Source of the DNA: Paraspadella gotoi
Taxonomy: Eukaryota; Animalia; Chaetognatha
Reading direction: 5' to 3'
NCBI GenBank assembly: GCA_051294375.1
Contig: CM119264.1
Coordinates: 28,686,696-28,750,695, forward strand
DNA: 64,000 nucleotides
Shown in pieces: positions 41,011 to 53,427 of the stretch. Position numbers and translations under genes: made by a program. The first letter of the stretch is position 1; each line of letters begins with the position of its first letter. Under the pieces are notes generated by a model. It did not search any database. It saw only the letters and a program-made list of their open reading frames with translations, and had not been told where the DNA came from.

Positions 41011-41496
41011 TAAAAACTATCGTTGTTGAAAGTAAATTATTATTTCTTTCCTCTAATCTCAAACACAACGAATTGAAAGAAAATTATACAATATATCAAC
41101 TTATAACAACCAAGAAATGTAATCAACGAGGTTTTGGCAACGACGAGAAAAGACGGGGATCTTTGCAGAATGCCAATGAAGGTTCACCAATCTCCATTGC
41201 ATACCGTCTTGGCGACCGGAGCGATTCAACGAGTTTCTTTCGGCCTTTTCGGGGTCACATCACATTTTTCTTCCCCTGATGCTTAAAAAAACTCAATAAA
41301 AAAATGAGCCGGAATTTTTCCGAAAAAGAAAATGCGAATAATAAATATTAATACAATGTTCCTAACATTACATTCGCTACTAATGTCTTCGCAGTTCACG
41401 AGCTTTTCTCTCTTACTAATTCTTTCTTCTTGCTTTATTCTTAGTCGATCCTTAAAAAATTTACTCAGATGGAAGACACACTGAAATCGGCCACTT

Positions 41497-42209
41497 TCTG
41501 GTGGTCTATCACCACAGATGATTAAAGCTGTTTCTTTCGCACGCCGTCAGTGGCTCAGTGGACTAATGCACATCGCAATGTGCGTCCCTGGTTCGAGCGC
41601 CTGAGGTTTCATGTTAAAAGTGGGATGGACCGGGTAACCCCGCCTGTAGGCAATGGGCCTACTGCCAGATCAAAGCTCTGGACTACATGAACATGCTGTC
41701 TCGCTGTTGCACGAGGTGAACCGCTGTGGGTGGGCGCCCAGTAAAACCAGCCTCTCAATGTAGCCCGACGTGATACGAACCGCACCAACCGGCATGATAA
41801 TACTCTCTGCCCTGATGTGGTTTGAGCTACACAGCTGCCACTCAAAGCAAGGCCACCAGAATGAAAGAGAGTTTCAGCGGAGAGACATGCGCTTCATCCC
41901 CCTGCTTCGTACTCTCATATGCGAGAGTCCTGGGGGTGGCTGTCTGGTGGTCCTATCACCACAGAATGGATTAAAGCTGTTTCTTTTGCAGCGCCTCAGT
42001 GCTCAGTGGACTAATGCACCATCCCAATGTGCGTCCCTGGTTCGAGCCCTGAGGTTGTCATGTAGAAAGTGGGATGGACCGGGTAACCCGCCTGTAGGCA
42101 TGGGCCTACTGCCAGATCCAAAGCTCTGGACTACATGACATGCTGTCTCGCTGTCGCCACGAGGTGACACCGCTGTGGGTGTGGCGCCCAGTAAAACCAG
42201 CCTCTTCAA
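41497..42209 (+). mobile_element. Retrozyme-like element B: ~1.6 tandem copies of a ~449 nt unit with A/B boxes and type-P5 twisters (41608-41691, 42056-42140)
   Basis: A box TGGCTCAGTGG, B box GGTTCGAGCCC. Twister TGTCATGTAG AAAGTGG GA-TGG ACCGGG TAA CCC GC CTGTAGGC-atgg-GCCTACTG CCAGA T-CCA-AAGC TCTGG A CTACATGACA. Confidence 0.85.
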
Positions 42210-42995
42210 ACTTCACCCCTTTTTTTTCCGACTCCTCTATCACCGTGGCTATTGTAATATTATGTCGAACACTCCCCACTTTCGCTCCTCAATTTCTTCT
42301 TTTTTCCGTTTCTCACGACCATCTACTGCTTCCGCTTCTCCCGCTCCTCGCTTCCATTGACCCGAACTCACTTTGATCAGGAAGCGACTCCTCCAGACAT
42401 TCCGGTCCTTCGCTGTAGAAGAGGAAAACCATCGCCCGATTCGGTGAACCTGGAAAAGGAGGAAGGGAGGAAAGGAGAATGGAGGAAAGGAATGAAAATG
42501 AAAAGGAAGTTGGAGGAAAGAAAAGAGGAAGAGAAGGAAAAGAAGAAAGAAGAGAAAAGAAAACGGGGAAAGTTTAATGAAAAAGAGAGAAAGGAATTCA
42601 GGATATAAAAAAAAAGATAAATGGAAAGAAAATAAGGAGAGAATAAAAGATTGAAAAAGCGCAAGAGAAAATTAACTTTCAAGAATTGAGTACGTGTTGT
42701 CAATAATATAGGGACAGACGGAACGAAGACGAATTTTCCATATTCGGTTGCGCCAACTCAGATTCAAATCCTAAAAAAAATCTTATGAGTTTCATTTTTT
42801 TTGGCCGNNNNNNNNNNNNNNNNNNNNNNNNNNNNNNNNNNNNNNNNNNNNNNNNNNNNNNNNNNNNNNNNNNNNNNNNNNNNNNNNNNNNNNNNNNNNN
42901 NNNNNNNNNNNNNNNNNNNNNNNNNNNNNNNNNNNNNNNNNNNNNNNNNNNNNNNNNNNNNNNNNNNNNNNNNNNNNNNNNNNNNNNNNNNNNNN

Positions 42996-43032
<37 letters not shown>

Positions 43033-43315
43033 ATTTCAATTTTAAAGAAAGAAATTGAAAAGAGGCAAAGCCTAAAGAAAATAATGAAAAAAAGGAAAAA
43101 ATTTATAGAAAAGAAGTTGAAGAGAGAATTATGGCTTCCGTCGTGGAAACACGGATCTATTTCTTAGAAATAATAAAAAAAGGATCCATTTCTGAGAAAT
43201 AAATAAAACAGGGGGAAAGCGACGGCGAAAGACGACGACGACGACGACGACGACGACGACTATGACGAAGAAGTTGGGAAGATTGATCACGTGGTTTCGA
43301 AGTGAACATGATGAC

Positions 43316-43347
<32 letters not shown>

Positions 43348-45422
43348 NNNNNNNNNNNNNNNNNNNNNNNNNNNNNNNNNNNNNNNNNNNNNNNNNNNNN
43401 NNNNNNNNNNNNNNNNNNNNNNNNNNNNNNNNNNNNNNNNNNNNNNNNNNNNNNNNNNNNNNNNNNNNNNNNNNNNNNNNNNNNNNNNNNNNNNNNNNNN
43501 NNNNNNNNNNNNNNNNNNNNNNNNNNNNNNNNNNNNNNNNNNNNNNNNNNNNNNNNNNNNNNNNNNNNNNNNNNNNNNNNNNNNNNNNNNNNNNNNNNNN
43601 NNNNNNNNNNNNNNNNNNNNNNNNNNNNNNNNNNNNNNNNNNNNNNNNNNNNNNNNNNNNNNNNNNNNNNNNNNNNNNNNNNNNNNNNNNNNNNNNNNNN
43701 NNNNNNNNNNNNNNNNNNNNNNNNNNNNNNNNNNNNNNNNNNNNNNNNNNNNNNNNNNNNNNNNNNNNNNNNNNNNNNNNNNNNNNNNNNNNNNNNNNNA
43801 CACAAAGAAAAATTATATGATTTCAAAGGAAAAAACACAACAGTCACCGCCGCTTTTTATTTAGTTTCATAATAAGATTGTTATAATTTTAATCTCAACC
43901 CAATATAGTTTATTTTCGGATTCCGTTTCCATTCGAGTTTAGTTTATTTTAATTTTTTAAAATGATTTTGATAAAACTGCTCGGATCATAATTGGCTTTC
44001 TTCGGACGTGCGGCAGCCGCGAGCGAGCGAGAATAAAAAAAATTGTAAAGAACGAAATAAATACATAATAGACTAAATAGTTTATTAGACTATTATTTTA
44101 TTTATTTCTCTTACGTCAACTGGGCGGGCGGGGAACTAAAATAAACTTGAAACAAAAAAACCGCGAGAGAAAAGAAAACAAAAAACAAATGATGAGAATA
44201 AAAATATTCAGAGCGGAAAAAACAAAGATGGAGACTTTGATCTTTTGATGGAATATAAAAACAAATGAACATCTGAGGCAAAAAAATGATTTAAGTGTTT
44301 AGGAAAAGGCAGAAGGAAAAACGCAACAACATAGAATGGGAGACCTTGACATCGAGGGCAATTAGTAAGAGAGAGAGAGAGAGAGAGAGAGAACAAGCTG
44401 GCTTAACAAACTCATTTCCACGTCCTATTCCCAGCCCTTTTCTTTTGCCAGAAGACCCTGAACCCTTTGGCGAGACTTTACATATTATTGAGAGCTTGGA
44501 GTAAAAGTCGACTTCAACTCCTCGGCAATCATTCTGCTTCTTTTGTATACATAGAAAACCCATATACCGATTCAAAATCTCTTTTCTAATCTCCCTTTTG
44601 AACGTTTTTGCGTCTTTTTTAACTTTTAATTCTTTCGTATTTTGAAAGACCATTAACATCCTTTTCTTATGTTTACCTTTTATTAATATTTATTAGAATT
44701 CCTCTCGGTGTAGTGTAAAAACTAATTCTCGTTCACTTTGCTTTTTAATCTTCCCTTTCATAATTTTATTCCCTAACTTTTCATGGGGTTACTTTCCAAT
44801 AGTTTACCCAGATATTGCGGATATAGCTCATCTCCACACCATCGAAAGATCTATCCTATAACCCACAACACCTATACGCTCATTCTTTCTCTACTTCACT
44901 CGATCCTTTTGACCCTCATCTCCTCGTCCTCTCTCTCTCTCTTCTCTCTTCTTCTCTCTCTCTCTCTTCATTCCTCNNNNNNNNNNNNNNNNNNNNNNNN
45001 NGAGAGAGAGAGAGACAGAGATGAAGGTTCAAGGAATCGGTGAAGAGGAAAATGACTTGTTTGGTATTTGAGTGAAAGCAGACGAAGGAACATGGAAGTA
45101 AAGAGGGAAAATTAAAAGTTAAAACAAAAATTTTAAACAAAAATTTTAAATATTAAAATAAACAAAGAAAATTTATTTTTAAAATAGAAATTAAAAGTTA
45201 AAAAAGAGCAAAATTAAAAGACAAAAACGAGTTCAGTTAAAGATAGAATTGGTTTCCGTTGCAGTCGACTTCTCCACTTTAAAATATTTTCCTCAAAGGT
45301 TCAGGTTCTGCAGAAAGAGCTGATGGCTGGAAATGAGGTAAACAGCTTTGTTTTCTTTTCGCTTCGGAACATAAATGAAACGTTTGANNNNNNNNNNNNN
45401 NNNNNNNNNNNNAGAAGAGATT

Positions 45423-47134
45423 GAAGGTTCACCAATCTTCCATTGCATACCGTCTTGGCGACGGAGCGATTCAACGAGTTTCTTTCGGCCTTTTCGGGTC
45501 ACATCACATTTTTCTTCCCCTGATGCTTAAAAAAACTCAATAAAATGAGCGGAATTTTCGATAAAGAAAATGCGATAATAATATTAATACAATGTTCCTA
45601 ACATTAACATTCGCTACTAATGTCTTCGCAGTTCACGAGTCTTTTCTCTCTTACTAATTTCTTTTCTTGCTTTATTCTTAGTCGAATCCTTAAAAAATTA
45701 CTCAGATTGGCGAGACACACTGAAATCGGCCACTTTCTGGTGGTCCTATCAACCACAGATGGATTAAAGCTGTTTCTTTCGCAGCGCCCAGTGGCTCAGT
45801 GGACTAATGCACCATCCCAATGTGGTCCTGGTTCGAGCCCTGAGGTTGTCATGTAGAAAGTGGATGGACCGGGTAACCGCCTGTAGCATGGGCCTACTGC
45901 CAGATCCAAAGCTCTGGACTACATGAACATGCTGTCTCGCTGTTGCCACGAGGTGACACCGCTGTGGGTGTGGCGCCCAGTAAAACCAGCCTCTTCAATG
46001 GTGAGCCCGACGTGATACGAACCGCACCAACCGGGCATGATAATACTCCTCTGCCTTGATGTGGTTGAGCTACACAGCTGCCACTCAAAGCAAGGCCACC
46101 AGAATGAAGAGAGGTTCAGCGGAGAGACATGCGCTTCATCCCCGCTCTCGTACCTCATATGCGAGAGTCCTGGGGGTGGCTGTTCTGGTGGTCCTATCAC
46201 CACGATGGAATTAAAGCTGTTTCTTTTGCAGGCCTCATGGCTCAGTGGACTAATGCACCATCCCAATGTGCGTCCCTGGTTCGAGCCCTGAGGTTGTCAT
46301 GTAGAAAGTGGGATGGACCGGTACCCGCCTGTAGGCATGGCCTACTGCCAGATCAAAGCTCTGGACACATGAACATGCTGTCTCGCTGTCGCCACGAGGT
46401 GACACCCGCTGTGGGTGTGGCGCCAGTAAACCAGCCTCTTCAAACTTCACCCTTTTTTTTCCGACTCCTCTATCACCGTGGCTATTTATATTATGTCGAA
46501 CACTCCCCACTTTCGCTCCTCAATTTCTTCTTTTTTCGTTTCTCACGACCATCTACTGCTTCGCTTCTCCGCTCTCGCTTCCATGACCCGAACTCACTTG
46601 ATCAGGAAGCGACTCTACCAGACATTCCGGTCCTTCCGCTTGTAGAGAGGAAAACCATCGCCCGATTCGGTGAACCTGGAAAAGGAGGAAGGGAGGAAAG
46701 GAGAATGGAGGAAAGGAATGAAAATGAAAAGGAAGTTGGAGGAAAGAAAAAGAGGAAGAGAAGGAAAGAAGAAAGAAGAGAAAAGAAAACGGGGAAGTTT
46801 AATGAAAAGAGAGAGAAGGAATTCAGGATATAAAAAAAAAAGAATAATGGAAAGAAAATAAGGAGAGATAAAAGATTGAAAAGCGCAAAGAAATTAACTT
46901 TCAAGAATTGAGTAGTGTTGTCATAAATATAGGGACAGACGAAGAGAAGAAGAACACTATTACCCATTTTCCAGACATTAGCACCTGTCACGGTGTATTC
47001 AAGTGTCAATATATAGAAGAAGATCGAACAGATTTATATGTCAATAATCAAATCCTATCTATGAGTTTTCTTTTTTTTGGCCGGTGAGGATGGATCAGAA
47101 AAGTCAAAAACACGCGTGGGCATACAGTAGGAAT

Positions 47135-47191
<57 letters not shown>

Positions 47192-47763
47192 AAAAGAGCA
47201 TTTCAATTTTAAAGAAAGAAAAATTGAAAAGAGGCAAAAGCCTAAAGAAAATAATGAAAAAAGAAAAAAAATTTTATAGAAAAGAAGTTGAAGAGAGAAT
47301 TATGGCTTCCGTCGTGGAAACACGGATTCTATTTCTTAGAAATAATAAAAAAGGATCCATTTCTGAGAAATAAATAAAACAGGGGGAAAGCGACGGCGAA
47401 AAGAGACCGACGACGACGACGACGACGACGCTATGACGAAAGAAGTTTGGGAAGATTGATCACGTGGTTTCGAAGTGAACATAGATGACGATGGATGATG
47501 ATGATGATGATGATGATGATTGATGATAGATGATGATGATGATGAGATAATGAGGAACGAGATTTGCCGGCGGGACTGATTAGTTAAATGAAGTTGTTTA
47601 TAGGTATTGATGACTTATAATTTTAAAAAATGGATATCGATGTATCACTATTGAAAGTTTTCTCGGCTATTTTACAATTAATTACTAAGAGAGAAAAAAA
47701 TATGGAGAGAGAAGGAAGAGAAAGAGATTATATGCAAAAAGATAGGACGGAGAGAGAGAGAGC

Positions 47764-47843
<80 letters not shown>

Positions 47844-48446
47844 AAAAACGATTGTCTTTAAAATAGTTCGATTGAGTTATTTTTTAAGAACACAAAGAAA
47901 ATTATATGATTTCAAAGGAAAACACAACAGTCACGCCGTTTTATTAGTTTCATAATAAGATTGTTATAATTTTTATCTCAACCCAATATAAGTTTATTTC
48001 GGATTCCGTTTCCTTAGTTTAGTTTATTTTATTTTTAAATGATTTTGATAAAACTGCTCGGATCATAATTGGCTTTCTTCGGACGTGCGGCAGCCGCGAG
48101 CGAGCGAGAATAAAAAAAATTGTAAAGAACGAAATAAATACATAATAGACTAAATAGTTTATTAGACTATTATTTTATTTATTTCTCTTACGTCAACTGG
48201 GCGGGCGGGAACTAAAATAAACTTGAAAAACAAAAAAACCGCGAGAGAAAAAGAAACAAAAAAACAAATGATGAGAATTAAAAATATTCAGAGCGGAAAA
48301 AACAAAGATGGAGACTTTGATCTTTGATGGATATAAAAAACAAATGACATCTGAGGCAAAAAATGATTTAAGTGTTTAGGAAAAGGCAGAAGGAAAACGA
48401 ACAACATAGAATGGGGAGCCTTGACATCGAGGGCAATTAGTAAGAG

Positions 48447-48528
<82 letters not shown>

Positions 48529-48928
48529 AGAGAGAAAGAGAGAGAGAGACAGAGATTGAAGGTTCAAGGAATCGGTGAAGAGGAAAATGACTTGTTTGGT
48601 ATTTGAGTGAAAGCAAGACGAAGGAACATGGAAGTAAAGAGGGAAAATTAAAAGTTAAAACAAAAATTTTTAAACAAAAATTTTAAATATTAAATAACAA
48701 AGAAAATGTTATTTTTAAAAATAGAAATTAAAAGTTAAAAAAGAGCAAATTAAAAGACAAAGAAAACAAGAGTTCAGTTAAGATAGAATTGGTTTCCGTT
48801 GCAGTCGACTTCTGCCACTTTAAAATATTTTCCTCAAAGGTTCAGGTTCTGCAGAAAAGAGCTGATGGCTGGAAATGAGGTAAACAGCTTTGTTTTCTTT
48901 GCTTCGGAACATAAATGAAACGTTTGAA
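45423..48928 (+). repeat. Second copy of 41179-45387 (tandem ~4 kb duplication, probably an assembly artefact), including another copy of element B at 45735-46443
   Basis: Co-linear identity differing mostly by homopolymer indels; the copies are separated by a 25-N gap (45388-45412). Confidence 0.85.
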
Positions 48929-48958
48929 CGATAAAACATCACAAAAAACATCTGCGAT

Positions 48959-49040
<82 letters not shown>

Positions 49041-49090
49041 ATTAAAGAATAAATCAACGGGTGGGAGAGACAGAGAGAAAATAGGGAAAG

Positions 49091-49125
<35 letters not shown>

Positions 49126-49667
49126 AAAGAAAGAAAGGAAGAAAGAAAAAGAAAAGAAAGAAAGAAAGAAAGAAAGAAAGAAAAGAGAGATAAAAAGTTG
49201 TTTAAAAAAAAGAAAGAAAAAAGTTGGACGCGTTTGATTTTTTCTCGCGACTTTCAACTTCGACGCGAACTCGAGAGACGGCGCTTCTGATCTTCGTTTC
49301 ATATCGTCGTCGTGTCGTCGTCATCGTCGCCGCCGTTATTTCTTTCTTTTCAAACTCGCGCGGCGCCTCGTCACGTTTCGTGGGCGTCGCGGCGTTGTCG
49401 TCCCACCGATCGGCGTCCTTCATTGAACGCGATTTACTAAATATTTAATAAATTTAATAAATAAATTAAACTTGACTAAAGATCTTGATTGGTGAAACCG
49501 GTGCTGAGGTTTTCTTTATACGCTATGCATTAGGCGCACCAAGTTTAGAGAGAATGATCGTAATGAATTGATTAAGTTGAAGTGAAGAGAGAAAATATTG
49601 TTTTAAAAATTATTTACGTAGCATATGTAACTTAATGCATTCCGTGTAACTTAATGTCCCTGCTAAC

Positions 49668-50844
49668 TAGGTTACGATAACCGTTAACAGTTACGGTTAT
49701 TAACGGTTAAAAAATATTTTAACCTAACCGTTAATATATTTATTTTAACGGTTAAATTCGGTTAATATTTTAAATATGATTTTTTTTTTTTTGGTATAAA
49801 AATCTTTGATTTTTTAAAAGAAAAATTTTTTCTTGTCTCTTTATCTCCCCTCCTTTTTCCACCATATTTTTTCACCTCTCTCTCTTTCCATTTTTTTTCT
49901 TCCTTCCAGTGTTTTTTTCTTTTTCTTACTTATTTTCTCCAATTTTTAAAGTTTTTCCTTACAATTAATTTTATGCATTTATATTAAAGAATATATTGAA
50001 ATATAATATATATGCACATGCAAATGTTGTATACATTTTCTGCAAATTAAATTCTTATATAAAATAATATATCCTATTTTGTTATTTTTTGTTTCACTCT
50101 TTAAAACAAACAAAGAAGCAAATGAAATAAACTAAAATGAATGAAAAATGATTAAAAAAACAAATAAAAATAAATGTAATAAAAAAATTAATAATAAAAG
50201 GAATAATCTTAAAATGGCTAACTAAACTATCTTCATCATGAATTTTTTTTATAAAACTGAAAAAATATTTAATAATCAATAAATCTTTGGATTCAATCGA
50301 TCATCAACATTCATTCAAAAAATTAATATTCATAATTTTATATTATGTTATGGCTTATGAAAAAATAAAAACAGAAACAAGCGTTCAAGAACTAACAACT
50401 AGAAAAATAATGAAGACATATAATGTAAGAAAAAGAGAGAGACAAAGAAAAAACAAAGCATAGAATTAGAATTACATTGTGGTTTTTCTTTCTTTGTCCT
50501 TTTATATATTTTTATTATGCTATGAGGCAAAGAAAAAGTTTTGTAAGTAAGATTATCACGATGCATTATCTGATTAGCTAAATTATCATAGGTAGATTCA
50601 AACTAATTTTAATTTACTAACTAAAATGGTGTACCTATCTATCTGAAAAAAAGATAAAACAGATTCAGGTGCAAGAGTTAAAGATAAATACCAATAAATA
50701 CTTTAGTTTGATTTAAAATATAATATTTTAAAAAATAATTATAAAATTAACCGATTTTAACGGTTAACCGTTAAAAAATTAGTTTTAACGGTTAAGCGAA
50801 ATTTCTCCGAAATTTCTCAAAAATTAACGGTTATCGGAACCCTA
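49668..50844. mobile_element. Non-autonomous hAT element with 8-bp TSD
   Basis: TIRs TAGG-TTACGATAACCGTTAA / TTAACGGTTATCGGAACCCTA, subterminal TAACCG/CGGTTA arrays, TSD CTGCTAAC at 49660-49667 and 50845-50852. Confidence 0.85.
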
Positions 50845-51509
50845 CTGCTAACTACTAGACAGGCCACAAGACCGTGAGGCGAGTGACTGTACTCTTGCTC
50901 AAATGACAACTATTAGCGGTTGGTGGATTTCAACCAAACAGAAAGTCAAAAGTAGCCTATGCCTTTTTCAATCACAAGCTTACGAACAAAGGAGCATCGT
51001 AGGTAGTGTTTGATTAGGATACAAGGTGTCGCTTTCACCGGGGTTTCGAAATCCCAAAGAACAAAAAATAGAGATAATTTTATCTAAATCTATATCATTT
51101 TTAATAACTGCAGCATGTTAAAATCTTTGTCGATTTTGTACTAAGTTTTGAATCTAATAAAAACGATTCATAATTAAGAAGGAGAAACGTTTATTCTTAA
51201 TCGACAAACGTGAAGCGAACGGGATTTTTGAAACAAAGCGTACAAATACAGTGGCGTCACAAATATAAAATGTTACAAATACCAATTATTTTCGCTTAAC
51301 GATCTTTTCGTGGAAAAAAAAACACAATTGGATGAAATAGTGGCAAAGAAAATTATATAAAAAAAGAAAATCAATTAAAATAAAGCTTTTAGGATTTAAT
51401 AATTTAATTTTGAAGAAAAAAATCGAAAAAATTGTAAAAATGGATGATGTTTTGGTTAAATTTGTTTTTTTCTGGTCACAGACTTTTAGTTATCACCAAC
51501 TTAAAAATT

Positions 51510-51712
51510 TTTTAGTCAGGGGAACAAAATAAATCTTTTAGTCAGGGAATCAAAATAAATCTTTTAGTCAGGGGATCAAAATAAATCTTTTAGTCAGGGG
51601 ATCAAAATAAATCTTTTAGTCAGGGGATCAAAATAAACCTTTTAGTCAGGGGATCAAAATAAATCTTTTAGTCAGGGGATCAAAATAAATCTTTTAGTCA
51701 GGGAATCAAAAT
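51510..51712. repeat. 26-bp minisatellite, ~8 copies (TTTTAGTCAGGGGATCAAAATAAATC)
   Basis: Directly visible adjacent units without spacers, just downstream of the dynein stop codon. Confidence 0.9.
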
Positions 51713-51861
51713 ATATCACGCGGTATCGCGTTTTTGTTAAAAAGGTTTTCGTCATACTTATGACATTGCTTTATTTTCTTTTTTTTTTCTCTATCACCCG
51801 GTAATGCTTGTCACCAAGCGTAAACAATCGAGCCGCGTTCCCATATCGACGCCTCTCAACA

Positions 51862-53367
51862 TCAAGTGTCCAGTTGCGTTACCATAGCGACGCCTCTCAA
51901 CACCCATCGATCCGGTCGCGCGGCCGAAGGGAGACGCAACGACGTGATAAAGTTGACGCTTTGACCGGAAGTGGAATAACTTCTGGCGCGCGCCGTCGTT
52001 TTGTAGACGGGGCAGTCGTAGGCGAAGCGAGGGGCGCGTTGGGAATGGATCGTCGAGTCGTCCCCGTCGAGAGAGTCTCTGGAGGAGAGGGAGAAGGGTT
52101 TTGACTTTTGATAGAACAAAAGGTGCTGCCACTCACAATAACAATAATCAAAAAAAAAAAAAAAAGACATTGTCACAATCTCACTCATCACTCACCCGAC
52201 CATCGACCGCTGTCCCTCCTCGTTGAGGACGCGAACGGGACACAAGAAAATCTCAGGCATTATGGTGAAACGGCGTCCGGTGGGCGCGTCCTCGAGGCGC
52301 CACCCAGCGACGTCCCAGGTGGCGCCGTCTAGAAAGAGGCCGTAGATGTGGACCCCGGGGCCGTTCTTTGACATGGGGGGGGGGGTCAGTTCGATGTGAA
52401 ATTGGTTTGATAGATTTTTATAGAAGTTTAATTGTGGTATATTGTTATGGTCAGTTACTTCTGTTGCTATTTATTATTTTGTTTTATTTATGTCTTGTTT
52501 CGTTGTTTTTTGGTTATTTGTAGTTGTGGTTGTTAAATGTTTATTATTGTTTTAATTGTATTTTGATATTAGTTCTTTATTTTTTTTCCTGTTATTTCTT
52601 GTCTTTTTTATTGCTGTTTTTATTTTTCAATGTCATCGTGATTCATTCTTTTGGTTTTTTTTTGTTTTAGTCGTTTGACCTCGTTATTTGTCGTTGTTAT
52701 TGTTGTCTTTGTTGTCATCCATCACACCTTCACCTGATCTCTCCTCTCAGCGGGAAACGAGAGCCTCTCGATCAACGGCGCCGGTTTCTCGGCAAATCGC
52801 CGGACGAACTCGTAGTCGGCGTCGGCGGCGTCGCACCGGTCGACCACGCGGCACCGGAAGTCGAGGGCGTCGACGGGAACGCCCTCCCGACGCGCGTGCG
52901 CCTGACGCACGGCCGTCAAGAAACTCTGGGGGAACATGAAGGCGGAGACCCAGAAGGATCGGGGGAGTTGTCGTCGCCCTGGGGGGAAGGTTGGGGGGAG
53001 AGAGGGAGGAAGGGAGGGGGAGAGAGAGAGGGAGGAGGGGAGAGAGAAGAGAGGAAGGAAAGAGGGAGGAGAGGAGAAAGGAGAGAATAAACACCTCGAG
53101 AGTTAAATGGTAAAAATCTTCTCTACAATTTCATATCACAAAAACAAACTGCTTGTCTTTCTCCCCAAACCTGCTGCTTGTTAAGCTTGGCCCACTCGGA
53201 GAAGAATCGGACCCGATCCACCAAATCCCTGATCCAACTACCAAGCGGCTTGCAAGTGTCGTAGGAGGCGGAAGTCCATCGACGAGGAACGCGATTGCGA
53301 GCGAGAGAGAAATATATTTCTTCTGAGTCGGAGGACATAACCTGAAGAGAGAAGAAGATATTGTAAA

Positions 53368-53427
<60 letters not shown>

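Noticed and set aside
41609-46833. ORFs inside element B and its duplicate (122, 115 and 234 aa)
   Set aside because: Frames are not conserved between near-identical copies and show no recognisable domain.
51510-51712. CRISPR-like arrays (also 62205-62400 and 60178-60450)
   Set aside because: Adjacent repeats without unique spacers, in eukaryotic DNA with no cas genes; these are minisatellites.
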